Source of the DNA: Pristiophorus japonicus
Taxonomy: Eukaryota
NCBI RefSeq assembly: GCF_044704955.1
Contig: NC_091995.1
Span: forward strand, 20,150,001-20,214,000
DNA: 64,000 nt
Direction of reading: 5' to 3'
In this document: piece after piece, positions 52,924 through 64,000 of the stretch
How the letters are laid out: each line of letters begins with the position of its first letter
How positions within the stretch are numbered: the first letter of the stretch is position 1
Notes under the pieces: model-generated
What the model saw: the letters and a program-made list of their open reading frames with translations, nothing else
Told to the model about the DNA's origin: nothing
The model's database searches: none
Program-made: the position numbers and the translations under genes

Positions 52924-54172
52924 CATAGGAACTTAGAAAATAGGTGCGGAAATAGGCCATTTGGCCCTTCGAGTCTGCACCACCATTCAATAAGATCATG
53001 GCTGATAATTCACCTCAGTACCCTGTTCCTGCTTTCTCTCCATACCCCTTGATGCCTTTAGTCGTAAGGGCCGTATCTAACTCCCTCTTGAATATATCCA
53101 ATGCACTGGCCTCAACAACTCTCTGCGGTAGGGAATTCCACAGGTTAACAACACTCTGAGTGAAGAAGTTTCTCCTCATCTCAGTCCTAAATGGCTTACC
53201 CCTTATCCTTAGACTGTGTCCCCTGGTTCTGGACTTCCCCAACATCGGGAACATTCTTCCTGCATCTAACCTGTCCAATCCTGTCAGAATTTTATATATT
53301 TCTATGAGATCCCCTCTCATCCTTCTAAACTCCAGAAATAAAAGCCCAATCGATCCAGTCTCTCCTCATATGTCAGTCCTGCCATCCCGGGAATCAGTCT
53401 GGTGAACCTTTCGCTGCACTTCCTCAATAGCAAGAACGTCCTTCCTCAGATTAGGAAACCAAAACTGAACACAATATTCCAGGTGAGGCCTCACCAAGGC
53501 CCTGTACAACTGCAGTAAGTCCTCCCTGCTCCTATACTCAAATCCCCGAGCTATAAGGCCAACATGCCATTTGCCGCCTTCACCACCTGCTGTACCTGCA
53601 TGCCAACTTTCATTGACTGATGTACCATGACACCCAGGTCTCTTTGCACCTCCCCTTTTCCTAATCTGCTGCCATTCAGATAATATTCTGCCATTGTGTT
53701 TTTGCCACCAAAGTGGATAACCTCACATTTATCCACATTATACTGCATCTGCCATGCATTTGCCAGCTCACCTAACCTGTCCAAGTCACACTGCAGCCTC
53801 TTCCGTCCTCCTCACAGCTCACACCGCCACCCATAGAAACATAGAAACATAGAAAATAGGTGCAGGAGTAGGCCATTCAGCCCTTCTAGCCTGCTCCGCC
53901 ATTCAATGAGTTCATGGCTGAACATGCAACTTCAGTACCCCATTCCTGCTTTCTCACCATACCCCTTGATTCCCCTCGTAGTAAGGACTTCATCTAACTC
54001 CTTTTTGAATATATTTAGTGAATTGGCCTCAACAACTTTCTGTGGTAGGGAATTCCACAGGTTCACCACTCTCTGGGTGAAGAAATTCCTCCTCATCTCG
54101 GTCCTAAATGGCCTACCCCTTATCCTTAGACTGTGTCCCCTGGTTCTGGACTTCCCCATCATCGGGAACATT
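52924..54172 (-). mobile_element. Two CR1 3' fragments (52924-53831, 53832-54172)
   Basis: RT C-terminus and tails; the first duplicates 51218-52130. Confidence 0.9.
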
Positions 54173-54263
54173 CCTCACCTGTGCCGATTTCCTTACCTGT
54201 GCCGATTTCCTCACCTGTGCCGATTTCCTCACCTGTGCCGATTTCCTTACCTGTGCCGATTTC
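54173..54263. repeat. 18-bp tandem repeat, 5 copies
   Basis: CCTYACCTGTGCCGATTT. Confidence 0.95.
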
Positions 54264-54489
54264 TTTAACTCTCCAGAAGGTTTTTCTGCAGAGCCCACAT
54301 ACGCTGGCCTAAGCAGAACTGGAGTAAATGGCCAGAATTGGCGCTGGTGGGCAGGTTATGCCCCAAAAGACTCGTAACTAACTGAGTTATGCTGGTGAAA
54401 ATTGATTGGGGAAACTGTGTTTTTTTTAAACAGGCCAAAAAAATCAGACTGGTACAAAAAAACAGCGGAAATCACTCGCAAAATTGAGC

Positions 54490-57400
54490 CCCAGACCTTT
54501 CAGCCAATGTCCCAAACTCCTCCATCACCAGCCCTGGCAGGACAGACCCACCAGGGGTGGCAGCACAGTGGTACACAGTCGGAACGGAGTGGCCCTGGAC
54601 GTCCTCAACATTGACTCCGGACCCCAGGAAGTCTCATGGCTTCAGGTCAAGCATGGGCAAGGAAACCTCCTGCTGGTCACCACCTACCGCCCTCCCTCAG
54701 CTGATGAATCAGTACTCCTCCATGTTCAACACCACTTGGAAGAAGCACTGAGAGTAGCAAGGGCACAGAATGTACTCTGGGTGGGGGACTTCAATGTCCA
54801 TCACCAAGAGTGGCTCGGTAGCACCACTACTGACCGAGCTGGCCAAGTCCTGAAGGACATAGCTGCCAGACTGCAGCAGGTGGTGAGAGAACCAACACGA
54901 GGGAAAAACCTACTTGACCTTGTCCTCACCAATCTACCTGTCGCAGATACATCTGTCCATGACAGTAGTGGTAGCAGTGACCACCGCACAGTCCTTGTGG
55001 AGACAAAATCTCGCCTTCACACTGAGGACAACCTCCATCGTGTTGTGTGGCACCACCACCGTGATAAATGGGATAGATTTAGAACAGATCTACAGCTCAA
55101 AACTGGGTATCCATGAGGTGCTGGGGGCCATCAGCAGCAGAATTGTATTCCACCACAATCTGTAACCTCATGGCCCGGTATATCCCTCACTCTACCATTC
55201 CCATCGAGCCAGGACAACAATCCTGGTTCAATGAGGAGTGTAGAAAAACAAGCCAGGAGCAGCATCCAGCATATTAAAAATGAGGTGCCAACCTGGGAAG
55301 CTGCAACACAGAACTACATGCATGTTAAAAAGGTGGTAATAGCATGTGATAGACAGGGCTAAGTGATCCCACAATCAACGGATCAGATCAAAGCTCTGTA
55401 GTCCTGCCACATCCAGTCGTGAATGGTGGTGGACCATTAAACAACTGACGGGAGGAGGAGGCTCCATGAATATCCCCATCCTCAATGATAGCGGAGTCCA
55501 GCACGTGAGTACAAAAGACAAGACTGAAGCATTTACAACCATCTTCAGCCAGAAATGCCGAGTGGGTGATCCATATCAGCCTCTTCCTGAGGTCCTCACC
55601 ATCACAGAAGCCAGGCTTCAGTGAATTCGATTCACTCCACGTGATATCAACAAACGGCTGAGCGCACTGGATACAGTAAAGGCTATGGGCCCCGACAATA
55701 TCCCGGCTGTTGGGCTGAAGACTTGTGCTCCAGAACTAACCGCGCCTCTAGCCAAGCTGTTCCAGTACAGCTACAACACTGGCATCTATCCGACAATGTG
55801 GAAAACTGCCCAGATATGTCCTGTCCACAAAAAGCAGGAGAAATCCAATCCAGCCAAAACCGCCCATCAGTCTACTCTCAAACAAGTGCCAGGCAATGAA
55901 TATCTCCAACAGCGAGAGTCTAACCACCGCCCCTTGACAATCAACGGCATTACCGTCCCAGAATCCCCCACCATCAACGTCCTGGGGGGATCACAATTGA
56001 CCAAAAACTTAACTGGACCAGCCACATAAAGTGTGGCAACAAGAGCAGGTCAGAGGCTGGGTATTCTGTGGTGAGTGTCTCACCTCCTGACTCCCCAAAG
56101 TCTTTCAGAGCAACATAGAAAATAGGTGCAGGAGTAGGCCATTCGGCCCTTCGAGCCTGCACCACCATTCAATAAGATCATGGCTGAACATGCAACTTCA
56201 GTACCCCATTCCTGCTTTCTCACCATACCCCTTGATTCCCCTCGTAGTAAGGACTTCATCTAACTCCTTTTTGAATATATTTAGTGAATTGGCCTCAACA
56301 ACTTTGTGGTAGGGAATTCCACAGGTTAACAACACTCTGAGTGAAGAAGTTTCTCCTCATCCAGTCCTAAATGGCCTACCCCTTATCCTAAGACTGTATC
56401 CCCTGGTTCTGGACTTCCCCATCATCGGGAACATTCTTCCCGCATCTAACCTGTCCCGTCCCGTCAGAATCTTATACGTTTCTATGAGAACCCCTCTCAA
56501 CCTTCTAAACTCCAATGTATAAAAGCCCAGTTGATCCAGTCTCTCCTCATATGTCAGACCCGCCATTCCGGGAATCAGTCTGGTGAACCTTCGCTGCACT
56601 CCCTCAATAGCAAGAATGTCCTTCCTCAGGTTAGGAGACCAAAACTGTACACAATACTCCAGGTGTGGCCTCACCAAGGCCCTGTACAACTGCAGTAAGA
56701 CCTCCCTGCTCCTATACTCAAATCTCCTAGCTATGAAGGCCAACATACCATTTTGCCTTCTTCACCACCTGCTGTACCTGCATGCCAACCTTCAATGACT
56801 AATGAACCATGACACCCAGGTCTCGTTGCACTTCCCCTTTTCCTAATCTGCCGCCATTCAGATAATATTCTGCATTCGGGTTTTTGTCCCTAAAGTGGAT
56901 AACCTCACATTTATCCACATTATACTGCATCTGCCATGCATTGGCCCACTCACCTAACCTGTCCAAGTCACCCTGCAGCCTTTTAGTGTTCTCCTCACAG
57001 CTCACACCGCCACCCAGTTTAGTGTCTTCTGCAAACTTGGAGATATTACACTCAATTCCTTCATCTAAATCATTAATGTATATTGTAAAGAGCACTCCAC
57101 TAGTCACTGCCTGTCATTCTGAAAAGGACCCGTTTATCCCGACTCTCTGCTTCCTGTCTGCCAACCAGTTCTCTATCCACGTTAGTACATTATCCCCAAT
57201 ACCATTTGCTTTAATTTTGCACACCAATCTCTTGTGTGGGACCTTGTCAAAAGCCTTTTGAAAGTCCAAATACACCACATCCACTGGTTCTCCCTTGTCC
57301 ACTCTACTAGTTACATCCTCAAAAAATTCCAGAAGATTTGTCAAGCATGATTTCCCTTTCATAAATCCATGCTGATCCTGTCACTGCTTTCCAAATGCGC

Positions 57401-60040
57401 TGCTATTTCATCTTTAATAACTGATTCCACATTTTCCCCACTACCGATGTCAGGCTAACCGGTCTATAATTACCCGTTTTCTCTCTCCCTCCTTTTTGAT
57501 GAGTGGTGTTACATTAGCTAACCTCCAGTCCATAAGAACTGATCCAGAGTCGATAGACTGTTGGAAAATGATCACCAATGCATCCACTATTTCTATGGCC
57601 ACTTCCTTAAGTACACTGGGATGCAGACTATCAGGCCCTGGGGATTTATCGGCCTTCAATCCCATCAATTTTCCGAACATAATTTCCCGCTTTATAAGGA
57701 TACCCTTCAGTTCCTCCTTCTCACGAGACCCTCGGTCCCCTAGTACTTCCGGAAGGTTATTTATGTCTTCCTTCGTGAAAACAGAACCGAAGTATTTGTT
57801 TAACTGGTCCGCCATTTCTTTCTTCCCCATTATAAATTCATCTGAATCTGACTGAAGGGACCTACATTTGTTTTCACTAATCTTTTCTCTTCACATATCT
57901 ATAGAAGCTTTCACAGTCAGTTTTTATGTTCACAGCGAACTTCCTCTTATACTCTATTTTCCCCTCCTAATTAAACCCTTTGTCCTCCACTGCTGTATGA
58001 CAAAATTCTCCCAGTCTTCAGGTTTGCTGCTTTTTCTGGCCAATTTATATGCCTCTTCCTTGGATTCAACACTATCCTTAATTTCCCTTGTTAGCCACGG
58101 TTGAACCACCTTCCCCATTTTATTTTTACTCCAGACAGGGATGTACAATTGTTGAAGTTCATCCATGTGATCTTTAAATGTTTGCCGTTGCCTATCCACC
58201 GCCAACCCTCGCCAGTCTATTCTAGCCAATTTATCTCTCATACCATCGAAGTTACCTTTCCCCAAGTTCAGGACCCTAGTCTCTGAATTAACTGTGTCAC
58301 TCTCCATCTTAATAAAGAATTCTACCATATTATGGTCACTCTTCCCCAAGGGGCCTCGCACAACAAGATTGTTAATTAGTCCTTTCTCATGATACATCAC
58401 CCAGTCTAGGATGGCCAGCCCTCGAGTTGGTTCCTCAACATATTAGTCCAGAAAACCATCCCTAATACACTCCAGGAGATCCTCCTCCACGCATTGCTAC
58501 CAGTTTGGTTAGCCCAATCAATATGTAGATTAAAGTCGCCCATGATAACTGCTGTACCTTTATTGCACGCATCCCTAATTTCTTGTTTGATGCTGTCCCA
58601 ATCCTCATTACTACTGTTTGGTGGTCTGTACACAACTCCCACTAGCGTTTTCTGCCCTTTGGTATTCTGTAGCTCCACCCATACAGAGTCCACATCATCC
58701 AAGCTAATGTCCTTCCTTACTATTGCATTAATTTCCTCTTTAACGAGCAACGCCACCCCACCTCCTTTTCCTTTCTGTCTATCCTTCCTAAATGTTGAAT
58801 ACCCCTGGATGTTGAGTTCCCAGCCTTGGTCACTCTGGAGCCATGTTTCCGTGATGCCAATTACAACACATCCGTTAATTGCTATCTGTGCAGTTAATTC
58901 GTCCACCTTATTCCGAATACTCCGCGCGTTGAGGCACAGAGCCTTCAGGCTTATCTTTTTAACAACCTTTGACCTTTTAGTATTTTGCTGTAATGTGTCC
59001 CTTTTTGCTTTTTGCCTTGGGTTTCTCTGCCCTCCACTTTTACTTTTCTTCTTTCTATCTTTTGCTACGGCCCCCATTCTACTTCCCTCTGTCTCCCTGC
59101 ATAGATTCCCATCCCCCTGCCATATTAGTTTAACCCCTCCCCAACAGCACGAGCAAACACTCCCCCTAGGACATTGGTTCCAGTCCTGCCCAGGTGCAGA
59201 CCGTCTGGTTTGTACTGGTCCCACCTCCCCCAGAACCGGTTCCAATGTCCCAGGAATCTGAATCCCTCCCTTCTGCACCACTCGTCAAGCCACGTATTCA
59301 ACTGAGCTATCCTGCAATTCCGACTCTGACCAGCACGTGGCACTGATAGCAATCCTGAGATTACTACTTTTCAGCTCCTACTTTTTAACTTAGCTCCTAG
59401 CTCTCTAAATTCGTCTTGGAGGACCGCATCCCATTTTTTACCAATATCGTTGGTACCTATAGGCACCACGACAACTGGCTGTTTAACCTCCCCCTTCAAA
59501 ATGTCCTGCACCCGCTCCAAGACATCTTTGACCCTTGCACCAGAGAGGCAACATACCATCCTGGAGTCTCGGTTGCGGCCGCAGAAATGTATTTCTATTC
59601 CCCTTACAATAGAATCTCCTATCACTATAGCTCTCCCACTCTTTTTCCTGCCATGGACTTGGCTGCTGCTGCCCTCCCCTGATGAGTCATCCCCCTCAAC
59701 AGTACCCAGAGCAGTGTATCTGTTTTGCAGGGGGATGACCGCAGGGGACTCCTGCACTACCTTGCTTCCACTGCTCTTCCTGTTGATCATCAATCCCCTA
59801 TCTGGCTGTATCCACCATCTACAAGGCACGAGTCAGGAGTGTGATGGAATACTTTCCACTTGCCTGGATGAGTGCAGCTCCAACAAGACTGAAGAAGCTC
59901 GACACCATCCAGGACAAAGCAGCCCGCTTGATCGGCAACCCATTCACCACCTTAAACATTCACTCCCTCCACTACCGGCGCACCGTGGCTGCAGTGTGTA
60001 CCATCTACAAGATGCACTGCGGCAACTCGCCAAGTCTTCT
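54490..60040 (+). mobile_element. Older CR1-group LINE (EN + partial RT), split by a minus-strand CR1
   Basis: TTYRPP, GDFNVH, LDLVLTN, SDH; GPDNIP; resumes at ~59810 (MEYFPLAWMSA...IQDKAARLI). Confidence 0.8.
56110..59800 (-). mobile_element. Near full-length decayed CR1 (ORF1 esterase part + ORF2)
   Basis: LQNRY, IGDSIVRG, IGTND; LNARSIRN EN through RT with frameshifts; 3' tail at ~56112. Confidence 0.92.
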
Positions 60041-60948
60041 GCGTCTCGCTCGGTCCATGCAGAGTGGGTTGTTCCACAATGCACTTGGCAGATAATTGTG
60101 GTGGATCCGGTTGTAAGGGACACACACCGGGACCTGCACAATTGGAGAGAGGGGGATACAGTCATTCGGGGTTTAATGGAGGCAGTCACCAGCTGTAGGA
60201 AGCACATACCAACATCTGCACGGATAAAGAGAGGGGCTTTAGGGATTCGATAGTTCCAGGTCTGTACAAGCGCTCCTGTAGCACGGCCGTGCCCGGACAC
60301 CACCAGCTGCAGTGAGAATTGAGCACAAGAATGTGTTTCCAGCAGTTAGGAGGCTGCCTTCTTCCCCCCACCCGATGTACCCCACTCCCCGGGAATTCAG
60401 CAAGACTCCGCCCAGTCCGCCCACCTCTCACTTTCAGATTGCCCGGGCCTGAAATATGACCAGAGGTGGCTCCAAACTTCAAATCTGGGCCAACATGTGG
60501 AGCAACATAACGGCACATCCCCAAAACCTCACATTAAATCAATAAACTGTAATAAAAAGCACATCAATGTATGGAGGGTGGTGCAATTAAATAGTTTAAC
60601 AAATCCAGGATAATTATCAGTTTCTGACATATTCACATCACCTGCAAAACATTTGAAATTAGAGCAATTATTTCTACACCTTTAGAGCATGTTTCCTGGC
60701 TCCATACAACATTAAACTGATGCACAGAGTAAATCGGTTTGTTTAATACGGCCCTTCACTGTACAGAAAGCAAATGTGTGGTTTTCCCGCAACAAAATCT
60801 TTTTCAGGAAACTTACAAAAATCCTTGGTTGAGAAATATTGTCCAGCAGCGCCACCTAGTGACAGGATCCAGCTGGAGCTCAGCAACATTGAGACTGAAA
60901 GTGGGTTGAATCAGGAAGTGCTTGAATCAGGAAGTGCTGAGTGTGAAC

Positions 60949-61538
60949 ATGGTTTCCAAGCAGCAGCTCGAGATTTGGACTGAGGAGGTAACTTGTCCCA
61001 TTTGTCTTGAATTCTTCACTGATCCGGTTTCACTGGAGTGTGGACACTACTTCTGCCGCTCCTGTATCACACGGTGTTGGGAAAAGAAGGAGACAAACTC
61101 CTGCCCGGAATGTAGAGAGGAGTTTCCAGAAATAAACCTCAGGACCAGTTGGGCCTTAGCCAGTCTGTCGGAGAAAGCTCGAAAATTAACCCTGACTCCG
61201 AGAGAGAAGGAAAATAAACTTCACTGTGAGGAACATCAGGAAGAACTGAAGCTGTTTTGTGAAACTGACAAGAAACTGATCTGTTTGATTTGTAGAGATG
61301 CGCGGGAACACAAATCTCACAACTTCATGCCGATTAAAGAAGCTGTTGAAATCTACAAGGTAAAATGGATTTTATCACCTGATTATTTTATCACATTTTC
61401 ATAGTCCAGCCCTTTCATTCTGTGATTTTCTCCCAATCCCAGGAACAGCTGAAATCCTCTTTAGAATCTCTCACAGAGAAGAAATCGGTGGTTCTAGAAA
61501 CGGAACGGAAACAGAAACGGCAGATTTCCAAAGTTAGG
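60949..61538 (+). CDS. TRIM paralog, exons 1-2 (60949-61359, 61443-61538); remainder outside window
   Basis: RING + B-box open frame, 411/96-bp exons with GT-AG, 120/137 aa identical to TRIM1 exon 1. Confidence 0.88.
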
Positions 61539-61548
61539 GTAAGGTCTC

Positions 61549-64000
61549 TGTCATGTATTCAACCAGCATTGTAACCCATGTATAAACTGACCTAAGTTGT
61601 ACACCGTGAGAACACTGACCACTAGGTGGGAGACACTCCTAACCTGGACCTTCAGGTATAAAAGGGGAAGCTCCACCCACCTTCATCACTTGAGTGCTAA
61701 GGAATAAAGGACAGGTCACAGACTGACCTCTCAAGCATGGGCCTCATGTGCATTTATACTGTGTAGTAAGGACGTATCAATGGCGACAAGAAACTGGGAT
61801 TTAAACCACCCGAGCATGGCCACTAGCAGAACAGACGAGAGGTACTGTGTTAAGGAATGGTTGGGACAGAGATTCAACATTGTTAAAGCAGCACACAGTT
61901 CTCCAGGCAGACAAGGGCAGTCAAGCATGCCCCAACATGTAGTCGAACCCAGAGGGGGAGTTCGACAGAGACAATGGCAAGCTGAACAGCGATTCACGCC
62001 ATTGCAAGGGACAATGTGGCCAATAATGGGGCCATCAACACCTGTTAATGGTGCACTCAAGGACAATAACAGGGGCAGTCAGGGACGATCGACTGGCAAG
62101 GGACCTTTTGTTTCAAACTGCAACTCATGCTGGAGGCGTGGAGGCATACATTCAGCCGGAGTTTGCAGAGATGAGCAAAATACCTGCAGAAATTGCAGAA
62201 ATGGACACTGGGGGATATCGCTGGAAGCTGAAGTTCAGCGAGTTCATGTGGAGCACGTATACAGTTCATACACCAGGACGCCACCGATAATGATGAAAGT
62301 GCTCCTCAATGGCATCCCAGTATCAATGGAGCTAGACACGGGTGCCAGCCAGTCCCTGATGGGTATCAAACAGTTCGAAAAGTTGTGGACATCCAAGGCC
62401 AGGAGGCCAAAATTATCGGCGATTGACGCACAGCTACGGACTTACACAAAGCAGATCATTCTGGTGCTAGGCAGCACCACGGTAGTCGTGACCCACAAAG
62501 ATTCGGAGAACAGGTTGCCACTCTGGATTGTCCCAGGGGACGGTCCCGCACTACTGGGGAGGAGTTGGCTTGCTGTCATGAACTGGAAATGGGGCGATGT
62601 CAATGCAATTTCCTCTGTGGAGCGAGTATCATGCTCACAGGTCCTGGACAAATTTGACTCATTATTTCAACCTGGCATTGGCACTTTCATGGGGGCCAAG
62701 GTAGTGATTCACATAAACCTGGACGCCAGACCAGTACACCACAAGGCCAGAGCGGTGCCTTACGTGATGCGGGAAAAGATAGAAGGCGAATTGGACCGCC
62801 TCCTGAGGGAAGGCATCATCTCGCCAGTCGAATTCAGTGACTGGGTGAGCCCGATTGTGCCGGTGCTCAAGGCGGATGGGTCGGTCAGGATATGTGGCGA
62901 TTACAAGGCCACCATCAATCGGGTGTCACTCCAAGACCAGTACCCGCTACCGAGAGCGGAGGACCTCTTTGCGACGCTATCCGGTGGCAAACTTTTTTCA
63001 AAATTGGACCTGACCTCAGCTTACATGACCCAGGAGCTGGCGAGTGAGTCGAAGAAGCTGACCACCATCATGACACATAAGGGGTTGTTTGAGTACAACA
63101 GATGTCTGTTCGGGATTCGCTCGGCCGCCGCAATCTTACAATGAAATATGGAAAGCCTCCTCAAGTCGATTCCAGGGACGGTGGTTTTTCAGGACGACAT
63201 CCTCATTACGGGTTACGATACTGCAGAACACCTCCACAACCTGGAGGAGGTGCAACACAGACTGGACCGGGTAGGTCTGCGACTGAAAAAGGCGAAGTGC
63301 GTCTTCTTAGCTCCAGAGGTAGAATTCCTGGGGATGAGGGTAGCAGCAGACGGGATCAGCCCTACTGCATCCAAGACGGAAGCGATCCAGAGAGCAACCA
63401 GACCCTGTAACACGACGGAGCTGAGTTCATTCCTGGGGCTCCTGAACTATTTTGGTAACTTTCTTCCGAAATTGAGCACGCTGCTAGAGCCGCTACATGT
63501 GCTCCTATGCAAAGGCCGCGAATGGGTCTGGGGGGACAGCCAGGAAAGGGCTTTTAATAGAGCACGCAATTTGTGATGTTCCAACAATCTGTTAATGCTC
63601 TATGACCCATGTAATAAACTTGTGTTAACGTGCGATGCGTCGTCCTATGGTGTCGGGTGTGTGTTGCAGCATGTCAATGCCAAGGGTCAGTTACAGCCGG
63701 TAGCTTATGCCTCCAGGAGTCTGTCCCAGGCAGAAAGGGGCTACGGGATGGTAGAAAAGGAGGCGCTCGCATGTGCATATGCGATAAAGAAAATGCACCA
63801 GCACCTGTTTGGCAGGAAATTTGAGCTGGAGACAGATCATAAACCCCTAACGTCCCTTTTGGCCGACAACAAGGCCATAAATGCAAACGCATCGGCCCGC
63901 ATACAGAGGTGGGCACTCACGTCAGCTGCCGATGACTATACAATTCGGCACAGACCGGGCACCGAAAACTGCGCCGATGCACTCAGCAGGCTCCCACTAG
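61549..64000 (+). mobile_element. Ty3/Gypsy element, 5' part (LTR 61549-61779)
   Basis: TG...CA LTR with TATAAAA and AATAAA, PBS TGGCGACAAG, protease LDTGAS, RT FQDD, RNase H CDAS..G; premature stops. Confidence 0.93.

Overview
Vertebrate, repeat-saturated genomic DNA. The CR1/L2/RTE LINEs, DeuSINE-type SINEs, Gypsy elements and TRIM architecture suggest a cartilaginous fish (inference). Main genes: one apparently intact six-exon RING-Bbox-coiled coil-PRY/SPRY TRIM gene on the minus strand (14132-25379, 476 aa) and a head-to-head inverted paralog starting at 60949 on the plus strand (exons 1-2 in window). Around and between them lie broken pieces of two MHC-linked framework genes: an orphan GABBR1 terminal exon (4755-4886, -) and a three-exon GNL1 pseudogene fragment (41235-43592, +). 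The rest is nested mobile DNA: an ERV-like 5' LTR with an 18-nt tRNA-Ser PBS, two Gypsy elements, an intact CR1 ORF2, a 7.7-kb TSD-flanked composite insertion in the TRIM1 upstream region, a decayed Harbinger Myb/SANT gene, MITEs and several minisatellites. I see no clear novel multi-gene system; the best leads are the TRIM duplication with MHC-gene debris, the apparent 5'-transduction insertion next to one TRIM promoter, and a patterned set of CTCF-like motifs. All homology calls come from recalled motifs, not database searches.
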